From a virus (taxonomy: Monodnaviria > Loebvirae > Hofneiviricota > Faserviricetes > Tubulavirales > Inoviridae): a stretch of DNA of 6,655 nucleotides. Both the position numbers and the translations under genes were made by a program. The notes beneath the pieces were generated by a model. That model searched no databases. It saw only the letters and a list, made by a program, of their open reading frames with translations, and was not told the DNA's origin. The DNA lies in the IMG/VR virus record IMGVR_UViG_2547132255_000001, positions 1 through 6,655 of that record; one strand, 5' to 3'. How positions within the stretch are numbered: position 1 is the first letter of the stretch; the number at the start of each line of letters is the position of its first letter. Of this stretch, positions 1-6,517 are shown piece after piece.

Positions 1-480
1 GTGCCACGTAACGTGGATAAACCTGCGAATCGTATTGAAGATATCCACGGTATGGCTGATTTCATCAGCCAGTATCCTGGTGTTGATAGCACCCGTATTG
101 GTTTGCTGGGGATTTGCGGGGGAGGAGGGTATTCACTTGCTGCCGCCGAGACGGACAAACGATTCAAATCGATTGCAACCATTAGCATGTTTAATTCAGG
201 ACTTGTACGGCGCAATGGTATGCAGGATTCACAGTTGGATACTATTCAACAACGTCTTCAGCAGGCTTCAGATGCACGAGCTCAGGAAGTCGCCGGTGGC
301 GAAGTGCTTTACTCCGGTGATGCCAACCTGACTGATGAACAGATCGCTAAATTACCTTTTGCGTTATATCGCCAGGGCTACGAGTACTACTGGAAAACCC
401 ACGCACACCCAAACTCAACGTTTAAATACACCACGAGCAGTTTGTTAGACTTGATGAACTCAGAAATCACAACGTATTGA
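1..480 (+). CDS. 3' portion of a host alpha/beta-hydrolase (dienelactone-hydrolase-like) gene; true start lies upstream of the window
   Basis: Frame is open from the window edge to TGA at 478-480. Product contains GICGGGGYS (Gly-x-Cys-x-Gly nucleophile-elbow pattern as in the dienelactone hydrolase family) and a His-containing C-terminal segment (WKTHAHP). The GTG at position 1 is probably not the real start. Family assignment is motif-based only. Confidence 0.55.
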   Translation: MPRNVDKPANRIEDIHGMADFISQYPGVDSTRIGLLGICGGGGYSLAAAETDKRFKSIATISMFNSGLVRRNGMQDSQLDTIQQRLQQASDARAQEVAGGEVLYSGDANLTDEQIAKLPFALYRQGYEYYWKTHAHPNSTFKYTTSSLLDLMNSEITTY

Positions 481-529
481 TTTATCTGTGTGTGGATGTG
501 AATGGTGAAGTAAAGGACCTTCACAGTCA

Positions 530-557
530 ATTTAACATAATATACATTATGCGCACC
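530..557 (-). other. dif: dif-type XerC/XerD recombination site forming the host-prophage junction
   Basis: Minus-strand reading of 530-557 is GGTGCGCATAA-TGTATA-TTATGTTAAAT, which matches the E. coli dif sequence as I recall it (11-bp XerC arm, 6-bp central region, 11-bp XerD arm). The XerD arm (530-540) faces the host gene and the XerC arm (547-557) faces the prophage. Confidence 0.85.
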
Positions 558-684
558 AATGGTAAGGATGGCAGAATCTGGCGGGAATCGTTGACACTGG
601 CCGTCAACTGGCTACTATCGACAGTGATTCAAAATCATCCGTTTCTCCAAACGAATCAGAATCAAATGTCTGTCAGCAGTAAGT

Positions 685-716
685 GAACGGCCTGACCTCA
701 CCAATCAGGCCTGTTC
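685..716. repeat. Imperfect inverted repeat (hairpin) in the phage intergenic region
   Basis: GAACGGCCTGA (685-695), 9-nt loop cctcaccaa, TCAGGCCTGTTC (705-716). 7 bp perfect stem plus 4 more bp after a 1-nt bulge. No flanking T-run, so not a terminator. Confidence 0.5.
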
Positions 717-975
717 ATCCAGTTAGTTGGTAAATCTGTACCTGATACACGAGAATCAAACACCACTTCTTCAGTGCCATCACCATGCTCCTGATGTGTC
801 ATGAATTTTTCCATGATAAGGCCCGATGAATGCTGCCGCGCCGAATCAGCCATAACGCTGAAAATGGAAACTGTACGGCTTGGCCAACCCCGGACAGCAA
901 CAAAACAAGTTTTGTCACTGACCGGCGTTATCTTTCAAAACAGACAGTTAACGATTTTTTGTCTGGTGTTTATGC

Positions 976-1002
976 GTGAAATTTCGTGCGTACGAAATTC
1001 AC
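976..1002. repeat. Imperfect inverted repeat (hairpin) in the phage intergenic region
   Basis: GTGAAATTTCGT (976-987), loop gcgt, ACGAAATTCAC (992-1002). 8 bp perfect stem plus 3 bp after a 1-nt bulge. No T-run on either strand. Confidence 0.5.
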
Positions 1003-1199
1003 CACCAATAAACAAACGGACGATGACTGACCGGAAAAGCAATGCCGTCAGCATCATGACCACGCATTACCTGATTGAGAAGCCTTCTGACTTCACGGCG
1101 CTCAGGCCTGGTCATCATCATATTGCGATACCAGGACGGCGATTTATCAAACCATCTGGCACAACTGGCAAAATGTGAACCTACACGACGATAAGACTT

Positions 1200-1239
1200 A
1201 AGGCGGCCACCGGGAAGTCGGTCACGCGCCTTATTTTTT
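1200..1239 (+). terminator. Candidate rho-independent terminator acting on the + strand (antisense to the phage genes)
   Basis: AAGGCG (1200-1205) pairs with CGCCTT (1227-1232), with inner ACCG/CGGT pairing (1209-1212 / 1219-1222), followed immediately by ATTTTTTA (1233-1240) on the + strand. The minus-strand side has only a weak U-tract. Confidence 0.5.
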
Positions 1240-1335
1240 ACAGACATAATAAATCCTCTACGTAACTGAATACCTAGAAGATGTCGTACTGTTCATACCC
1301 CATAAAAGTTAACGCCATAATAAAAATCCATACAA

Positions 1336-2580
1336 TCAGTTCAGGTTGTCCCGGAACAGTTCACCGCTCCTCGCGGCGCTGCGGGGCGTCGCCCTGCTCC
1401 GGTCAACCTTTCTGACCTGAAGCATCACCATAATATCAGTCTTGTTGCTTTCACTGGTACGGGAACCGAAGAAGCTCCAGCCGGAACTGGCCTTACTGTC
1501 TTTCTGTTCAGCAAGGCCACCAAGTAAAATAATATCACCATCTGCAAGGCTGACTTCGGTTGTTACATCACGCTTGATAAGGGTTGGCGAGTTATTGACG
1601 CCGGTTTCAGTGGTCACAAAGTTGGAAAGCTGCTGCTGAATCTTGAGATCCATTGTCCGACTTTTGATTGATGGCGTCACGTTAAACAAAACACCGCTGG
1701 AACGATATTCAACGGATTGCGTTGTCGTATTGTTATTCACCGTAACACTGCCCAGTACTGGCACATCAGAGCCGACTGAAAAAGACGCTGAGGCATTATT
1801 TTTTACCCGCAGTCGTGGCGCACTGACAACAGTAAAACGACTGTCGGTTTTCAGCAGATTGAAAATGGCATCAATGGAGCCGGTTCGAATATTGATAAAA
1901 TTATCCAGTCCGGCAGCACCAACTGAAATATTGAATTTATCAGACAGAATTTTAGCCGCTAAAAGAATGCCGGAGCCGTCAGACTGCGAGGTCTGAACCT
2001 CAAAAACATAACCAGAAACAACCACTTCATCACTCATCGTATCCAGCGAAGTGACCAGTGTTTTCAGGATGGCGATATCCTCTTTCGTACCATAATAAAC
2101 CAGAATATCACCGGTTCGATTGATGTAGTTGCTTGCCCCTGATGAACCTTTTAGCGAATCGTCAGAAATCACGGCTCCACTGTTATTGAAGGAGCCTGAA
2201 ACGTAGCCGCCAAGAATATCAGACAGGTAGGCAACAGAACGGTACTGAGGCGTATAAGTCCATGTATAACGTGGCTTAACCGGCTCTTTCGGCGTATAGG
2301 GCGCGATAAAATCAACACCCTTTTTCGTCCATATTCGAATGTTCATATTGCCAAGATAACGGGTTACAAATTCCCGTTCATCAATATCAGATGTTAACCT
2401 GAATGTAATCATTCGTTCATCATTAACAAGCTGTGGATCTAGCATATACGGGACTTTAAGCACCTCACTGTAAATAAGAGAAATAGCCTCCGGTAGCTTG
2501 ACTTTATTTAATTCAAGCTCTGACCCTGCGAAAGCACATGAAGAAAATAGTAGCGTTAATGCGAGTAAAATCTTTTTCAT
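1336..2580 (-). CDS. Filamentous-phage secretin (pIV-like, GspD/PulD secretin family), 414 aa
   Basis: N-terminal signal peptide MKKILLALTLLFSSCAFA|GS. C-terminal secretin-domain hallmarks (DGDIILLGGL ... WSFFGS ... DIMVMLQVRKV). Start ATG overlaps the stop of the upstream gI-like gene (TAATG at 2578-2582). Last gene of the module, as in Ff phages. Confidence 0.85.
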   Translation of the reverse strand: MKKILLALTLLFSSCAFAGSELELNKVKLPEAISLIYSEVLKVPYMLDPQLVNDERMITFRLTSDIDEREFVTRYLGNMNIRIWTKKGVDFIAPYTPKEPVKPRYTWTYTPQYRSVAYLSDILGGYVSGSFNNSGAVISDDSLKGSSGASNYINRTGDILVYYGTKEDIAILKTLVTSLDTMSDEVVVSGYVFEVQTSQSDGSGILLAAKILSDKFNISVGAAGLDNFINIRTGSIDAIFNLLKTDSRFTVVSAPRLRVKNNASASFSVGSDVPVLGSVTVNNNTTTQSVEYRSSGVLFNVTPSIKSRTMDLKIQQQLSNFVTTETGVNNSPTLIKRDVTTEVSLADGDIILLGGLAEQKDSKASSGWSFFGSRTSESNKTDIMVMLQVRKVDRSRATPRSAARSGELFRDNLN

Positions 2581-3590
2581 TATTTTTTCCCCGTATAAAG
2601 CGTCACACGCTCACCATCAATAATTCCGCTCATCAACATCCCTTTATAATTAAAACTGGATGCAGGAACGGCACGCAAAACACCGGCACCGTTAACAAGA
2701 ATCACAAACGCCCTGCCTTCACTGGTCATTCTCCCTGATATACGCCACTCGGTTGAAAGTGGCGGTTCAGCTGGTTCTGAGGGAGTAGCAGCGGAAGAAC
2801 GAAACATGGCCGCATCACGTACATCTGTTGTAGTCAAATCTGGCGAGGGATCGCTTCGGCCAAACGTGCTGAAAAATGAGTAAATCAGCCAGCCTGACCC
2901 GATAAACATCAATGGAAAAAGCACAAGAAAGAACCTGACTTTGCCAGAATTCCAGATGCTCTGGCGTTTATCTGTCTGCTTTTCATTACCGTTATTTCCT
3001 TCATAGCTTTTGTAAAGTTCAAAAATATCAGGGTTATATTTATTGCGATAACTGGTGACGAGGTTGCTTTTATAGATTTTGTGGCCTGAATATACGTCAA
3101 TGCAGTAATGATTATTCAGGCCCAACGCTTTCAGCTTGCGCATCCGGTAAGTTGTTTCTATTTTGTCTTTCAGAAAGCGAGCAATATTAGAAAGTGACTG
3201 ATTTACAATAACCAAATCACAGCTAATACCCGTTTCAGGGTGCGTAAAATGACGATGTTCAGCAATAAATGATTTCTTCTCAGCCGTCATATCCTTATCG
3301 CTACCGAAGATTCGCCATGCTTCATCAATAACAATTAAATCACCAAACTGGCAAAAGCTCCCTTCCCCACCTTTAAAAGGAAAGAAATCTGCTTTAAGCA
3401 CATCATCATTATCCACAACAATAATTTCTCCCGTTGCATCAGGATAACGTTCGGTGATTTTATCTTTTTGTAAACCATAAATGTTCGTCACAACTCTCCG
3501 GCCGCTGGTAAATGCCGGAATAATGACATTGCAAACGGCTTCATAACTTTTTCCTGAGCCGGGTATGCCAATATATGCAGAAATAGCCAT
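2580..3590 (-). CDS. Filamentous-phage assembly ATPase (pI / Zot family), 336 aa
   Basis: N-terminal Walker A GIPGSGKS, Walker B-like LIVIDEAW, and one internal hydrophobic transmembrane segment (FFLVLFPLMFIGSGWLIYSFF) as in pI. Positioned between gVI-like and secretin genes. Confidence 0.85.
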   Translation of the reverse strand: MAISAYIGIPGSGKSYEAVCNVIIPAFTSGRRVVTNIYGLQKDKITERYPDATGEIIVVDNDDVLKADFFPFKGGEGSFCQFGDLIVIDEAWRIFGSDKDMTAEKKSFIAEHRHFTHPETGISCDLVIVNQSLSNIARFLKDKIETTYRMRKLKALGLNNHYCIDVYSGHKIYKSNLVTSYRNKYNPDIFELYKSYEGNNGNEKQTDKRQSIWNSGKVRFFLVLFPLMFIGSGWLIYSFFSTFGRSDPSPDLTTTDVRDAAMFRSSAATPSEPAEPPLSTEWRISGRMTSEGRAFVILVNGAGVLRAVPASSFNYKGMLMSGIIDGERVTLYTGKK

Positions 3591-3593
3591 AAC

Positions 3594-3881
3594 TCACCCT
3601 ATAACAGGAATACGTCGAATAATAAAACGAGTAGCCATTGCGGAGATAATCATACTAATCCCCTGTGGTAATTTACTCAGGTTAATGAAGTACCAGAATC
3701 CGTCTGATAAATTGGCAAACAGCGATGAGAGATTGCTTGAATCTGGCAGTAACTCAACAAGGATTTCAACGAAGCCCTGGACTACAAAATACAGCGCAAA
3801 GAATACGACGAATTTAATAATCAATGACCGGAATACAAAACCTAACAAAGTATTTAATGCACTAATCAGAATCCCAAACAT
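3594..3881 (-). CDS. Minor coat protein pVI-like small hydrophobic protein, 95 aa
   Basis: Highly hydrophobic multi-segment protein of pVI-like size, located between gIII and gI. AGGAG Shine-Dalgarno 6 nt upstream of the ATG at 3881; stop is 3 nt before the gI start. Confidence 0.6.
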   Translation of the reverse strand: MFGILISALNTLLGFVFRSLIIKFVVFFALYFVVQGFVEILVELLPDSSNLSSLFANLSDGFWYFINLSKLPQGISMIISAMATRFIIRRIPVIG

Positions 3882-3893
3882 AGTTGCACTCCT

Positions 3894-5606
3894 TTAGGCA
3901 CTCAGAATAATACGGAGCGCAACAAATCCCCATATAATCAGAAATATGGTTTCTACGGCGCTTCTGTTCTGCTCAATTAACGGACAATGGGAGTCAATTC
4001 TGTACTGGTGATTAAACACGCTGAATTCAACAACGGGGCAGGATGCTGAACGAGAGCCGATGTTAAATTCGTTTGTAAAAGGCAACAAGTTAATAATTGG
4101 CGTTAAAATATCTCTTGCCGTTGGCGTTTCTTCAAGCTCAGGCTCTTTTACACCGGGATCTTCTCCCAAATCTATATTGCCATTATTTCCAGTGTCAGAT
4201 CCTGAGTTGTTATTAATGGTAATATCAATATTGACGTCAGCCCCTGCACTGTCAGATACAGGTGAAAGCATATCTAATAACGTTGGAGATAGCCTAAGTT
4301 CCGACATCGCAGAAGTTACTTCAGCCGGTGAAACCTCTTTAAACGGTAAGCCGTTATAATCGGCATTAACGGCAGCTTCAGACCACAGCTCGTTAATCAT
4401 GTCGGCAAGAAGTGCTGGCGATACACTAACACTATCAAGATACTCCAGATAATCAATCATGGACTCAATATTTCCGGCCTCCAGTACTTCCGTCATGGCT
4501 TTATATTTGGTATTGGTCCAGATAGTAAGCTCACTCTTTTCATCAATATCTTTTGTGGTGTAATCCTCTTTTTCAGGAACGGCGCAAATCGTCGAATATC
4601 CACCATTTGACTGATTAGTCGTTTTACAAGGCGTGTTGTGATACTGATATTGCTTTCCTGCTGTTAAATAAGCAACGCTGTAATACATGGGAAGCCCTGC
4701 TACATTTTCATACATGGGAATACCTGCGGGAAATGAAGATGCGGCCGGGTTGCTATACAAGTGTGTAATCTCAGGAATTTCATAAAATGAGGAAGGATAA
4801 GTAAACTTATAATTCTGTTCAGTAAAGGAGACATCTCCATTACTGTTGACAACTTTATTCGTCACAGTGCGTTCAAAATTCGTTAGTGTTTCAGTATAAG
4901 TACGCGAGTTATAGTCATTAAGATAATTTCTGGCAATTTCAGTTGGATTATCACCATAGTAATAAATTAGCTCTTTCGAATCCTGATAATAATAAAGTGC
5001 ATTATCTGGCGTGGAATATCCTGTTTCAACACCTACAACTGGAGAACCCGCATCCACATTATTACGACTAACATGAAGGATTACCGGACTTAATTCCTGT
5101 GGTTCAAAATTAACGGTTATCGTCTTACTTTCACCACTTTGACCACTGTACGTTACTTCATATAAATTATCGGAAATCTTTTTACCGTTAGTCATTACCA
5201 TTACCGAGCCGTCAGATGAACTCAAAGAAGACGGAACAAAAGATGATACAGCAGCAGCAATACCCGCCCACGTTGCAACACCGCTCATTTTGTATGATGA
5301 GGCAGCAGGCAAGTATTCGGCAGCATTAGCCGCAGCACGGCCAACAAAAACACGGGTTGCTGTAAGCTGTGATGCCGTATAAATCGCATCATTGGCAGCA
5401 AAGCGACGAACAAGCACCCGGCCAACGACTTTAGGAATAACAGCCCGCGCAGCCACTGCTGCAATTGCTGGTACAAATGAATATGAATATCGGGGAAAGG
5501 AAACCCAGAGAAAGGAAAAAATAAAGGAATAAACCGTCAGCCTCTTAGCCCAAGAATAACGACATAAGCTGAGACGATCCCCCATAAAAGGGAACCCAAT
5601 TTCCAT
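3894..5606 (-). CDS. Adsorption / minor coat protein pIII-like, 570 aa; start codon uncertain
   Basis: Largest ORF in the structural module, directly after gVIII and its terminator. Ser/Thr/Asn/Tyr-rich central region, Gly/Asn/Asp-rich linker (NNNSGSDTGNNGN) and C-terminal hydrophobic anchor (TIFLIIWGFVALRIILSA) as in pIII. GGAG 8 nt upstream of the ATG at 5606. N-terminal 110 aa are atypical. Confidence 0.6.
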   Translation of the reverse strand: MEIGFPFMGDRLSLCRYSWAKRLTVYSFIFSFLWVSFPRYSYSFVPAIAAVAARAVIPKVVGRVLVRRFAANDAIYTASQLTATRVFVGRAAANAAEYLPAASSYKMSGVATWAGIAAAVSSFVPSSLSSSDGSVMVMTNGKKISDNLYEVTYSGQSGESKTITVNFEPQELSPVILHVSRNNVDAGSPVVGVETGYSTPDNALYYYQDSKELIYYYGDNPTEIARNYLNDYNSRTYTETLTNFERTVTNKVVNSNGDVSFTEQNYKFTYPSSFYEIPEITHLYSNPAASSFPAGIPMYENVAGLPMYYSVAYLTAGKQYQYHNTPCKTTNQSNGGYSTICAVPEKEDYTTKDIDEKSELTIWTNTKYKAMTEVLEAGNIESMIDYLEYLDSVSVSPALLADMINELWSEAAVNADYNGLPFKEVSPAEVTSAMSELRLSPTLLDMLSPVSDSAGADVNIDITINNNSGSDTGNNGNIDLGEDPGVKEPELEETPTARDILTPIINLLPFTNEFNIGSRSASCPVVEFSVFNHQYRIDSHCPLIEQNRSAVETIFLIIWGFVALRIILSA

Positions 5607-5628
5607 AATTCAATCTCCATAATAACCT

Positions 5629-5657
5629 CAAGTAAAACGGGCGATATTGCATCGCCC
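5629..5657 (-). terminator. Rho-independent terminator between major coat gene and gIII (minus strand)
   Basis: Perfect 7-bp stem GGGCGAT (5639-5645) / ATCGCCC (5651-5657) with a 5-nt loop, followed on the minus strand by GUUUUACUU (5638-5629), 14 nt after the gVIII stop. Matches the position of the post-gVIII terminator in Ff phages. Confidence 0.6.
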
Positions 5658-5670
5658 ATGAATAATGAAT

Positions 5671-5862
5671 TTATGCGGATTTAACGGTACGCAATACCCA
5701 GCGAACGCCAGCGACACCGGCATAAAGTGTTACCAGTGAAGCAGCAACGGCCATAATCGCAACCAGAACTGTACTGAAATCAATGCTGTTCGTCAGCGGC
5801 GATAAATCAACACCACTTGATGCCGCTCCTTCTGCAGCGAAAGTCGCGCCAGAAACAGCCAT
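5671..5862 (-). CDS. Major coat protein pVIII-like, as called from ATG 5862; the probable true start is ATG 5903 in another frame, so the gene appears frameshifted
   Basis: Mature-protein architecture after an AxA site: acidic N-terminus AEGAASSGVD, hydrophobic core, basic C-terminus RWVLRTVKSA. The ATG at 5862 has no Shine-Dalgarno and leaves only a 9-aa leader. A GGAG-preceded ATG at 5903 encodes MFKK and is out of frame by one nucleotide at the A6 run 5892-5897. Confidence 0.7.
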   Translation of the reverse strand: MAVSGATFAAEGAASSGVDLSPLTNSIDFSTVLVAIMAVAASLVTLYAGVAGVRWVLRTVKSA

Positions 5863-5937
5863 TAATGCAGGTACAGCCAGAAAACTAACGATTTTTTAAA
5901 CATAACTCTATCTCCATTACATTTTAAAGGTTCGCAT

Positions 5938-6189
5938 TCAAGCAGTACGAACCATCTTTATTACCTGTCCCACACCTACAGAAAAAAGCCAGAGCAGCAG
6001 GACAGAGCCAAAACCTAATGTCCAGTAATTTCCCATTGCAGAATAATCAATTTGATGAAATGGTTCAGAACGTACCATTATTGCCTGACATTCTTTTGCA
6101 TTGTTCGCATTACATAAATAACCTTCAATACGGTAACCATTTTCAGGAATATGATTATCAAACTGAATATCGAAACCTGATGTATCCAT
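5938..6189 (-). CDS. Hypothetical small membrane protein in the position of the Ff pVII/pIX minor coat genes, 83 aa
   Basis: Lies between the gV-like and gVIII genes; start is 2 nt after the gV-like stop. C-terminal hydrophobic segment WTLGFGSVLLLWLFSVGVGQVI. Assignment is by synteny only. Confidence 0.4.
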   Translation of the reverse strand: MDTSGFDIQFDNHIPENGYRIEGYLCNANNAKECQAIMVRSEPFHQIDYSAMGNYWTLGFGSVLLLWLFSVGVGQVIKMVRTA

Positions 6190-6191
6190 AA

Positions 6192-6509
6192 TCAGCCTTT
6201 TATTTCAGTAATGCCGCCATCTGATGAAATGTTATAAGTTACTCCTTCCCTCCCCTCCATTGACCAGACGCGAACATATACAGGTATCTGGACTAACTTA
6301 CCGATAAAATTATTTGCCTGATTCATTACACCGGCATTAACAAGAGCCTGAGATACACGAATAATAATCTGGTCTTGCTTAGTGCCGCCAAAACCATCAG
6401 GAATCTCTAAGCCAACACCAATTTCATTATAGTATCCCTGACCATTGACCTTATTACGCTGGCGAGCACCAAGCATTTTACCTTTTACAAAAAGACCATA
6501 ATTAGACAT
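6192..6509 (-). CDS. Putative ssDNA-binding protein (gV analogue), 105 aa
   Basis: AAGGAG Shine-Dalgarno 6 nt upstream of the ATG at 6509. Size and position (after the replication gene, before structural genes) match gV. No recognisable motif, so the function is inferred from synteny. Confidence 0.4.
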   Translation of the reverse strand: MSNYGLFVKGKMLGARQRNKVNGQGYYNEIGVGLEIPDGFGGTKQDQIIIRVSQALVNAGVMNQANNFIGKLVQIPVYVRVWSMEGREGVTYNISSDGGITEIKG

Positions 6510-6517
6510 ATCACTCT

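Noticed and set aside
35-331. Plus-strand 98-aa ORF in an alternative frame
   Set aside because: Entirely nested within the hydrolase reading frame, which has recognisable motifs.
505-524. Short hairpin GTGAAG/CTTCAC after the host gene stop, considered as the host gene terminator
   Set aside because: AT-rich 6-bp stem without a following U-tract. Too weak to call.
477-686. Plus-strand 69-aa ORF starting with TTG
   Set aside because: Spans the dif site and the host-phage junction. Chance ORF.
699-814. Minus-strand 38-codon ORF (MEKFMTHQEHGDGTEEVVFDSRVSGTDLPTNWMNRPDW)
   Set aside because: No ribosome-binding site, and its stop lies inside the 685-716 hairpin. Too short and unsupported.
801-1178. 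Plus-strand 125-aa ORF ending 22 nt before the plus-strand terminator
   Set aside because: No Shine-Dalgarno (CTCC precedes the ATG), an implausible product, and it contains the 976-1002 hairpin. Kept only as a caveat under the terminator finding.
999-1247. Minus-strand 82-aa ORF with a GAGGA Shine-Dalgarno-like sequence 6 nt upstream of its ATG
   Set aside because: Product is extremely Arg-rich (about 17%) and Trp-rich, and the terminator hairpin at 1200-1232 lies within its first 16 codons. More likely a chance ORF in structured intergenic DNA, though not excluded.
2255-2285. TGTATA and other dif-central-region-like hexamers inside the phage genes, checked as a possible second att site
   Set aside because: Flanking sequences do not resemble XerC or XerD binding arms.
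1442-2738. Plus-strand ORFs 1442-1639, 1643-1996 and 2538-2738
   Set aside because: Antisense to the secretin and gI genes, which carry strong family motifs. Shadow ORFs.
2909-3100. Minus-strand 63-aa ORF in an alternative frame
   Set aside because: Nested inside the gI/Zot-family gene in another frame.
3565-3897. Plus-strand 110-aa ORF
   Set aside because: Exactly antisense to the gVI-like gene. Shadow ORF.
4060-4359. Plus-strand 99-aa Ser/Gly-rich ORF
   Set aside because: Antisense to the gIII-like gene linker region. Shadow ORF.
5285-5476. Minus-strand 63-aa ORF overlapping the gIII 5' region in another frame
   Set aside because: No ribosome-binding site; the gIII frame shows coding-like codon choice across this region. 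Considered as evidence for a gIII frameshift, but no junction producing a better N-terminus was found.
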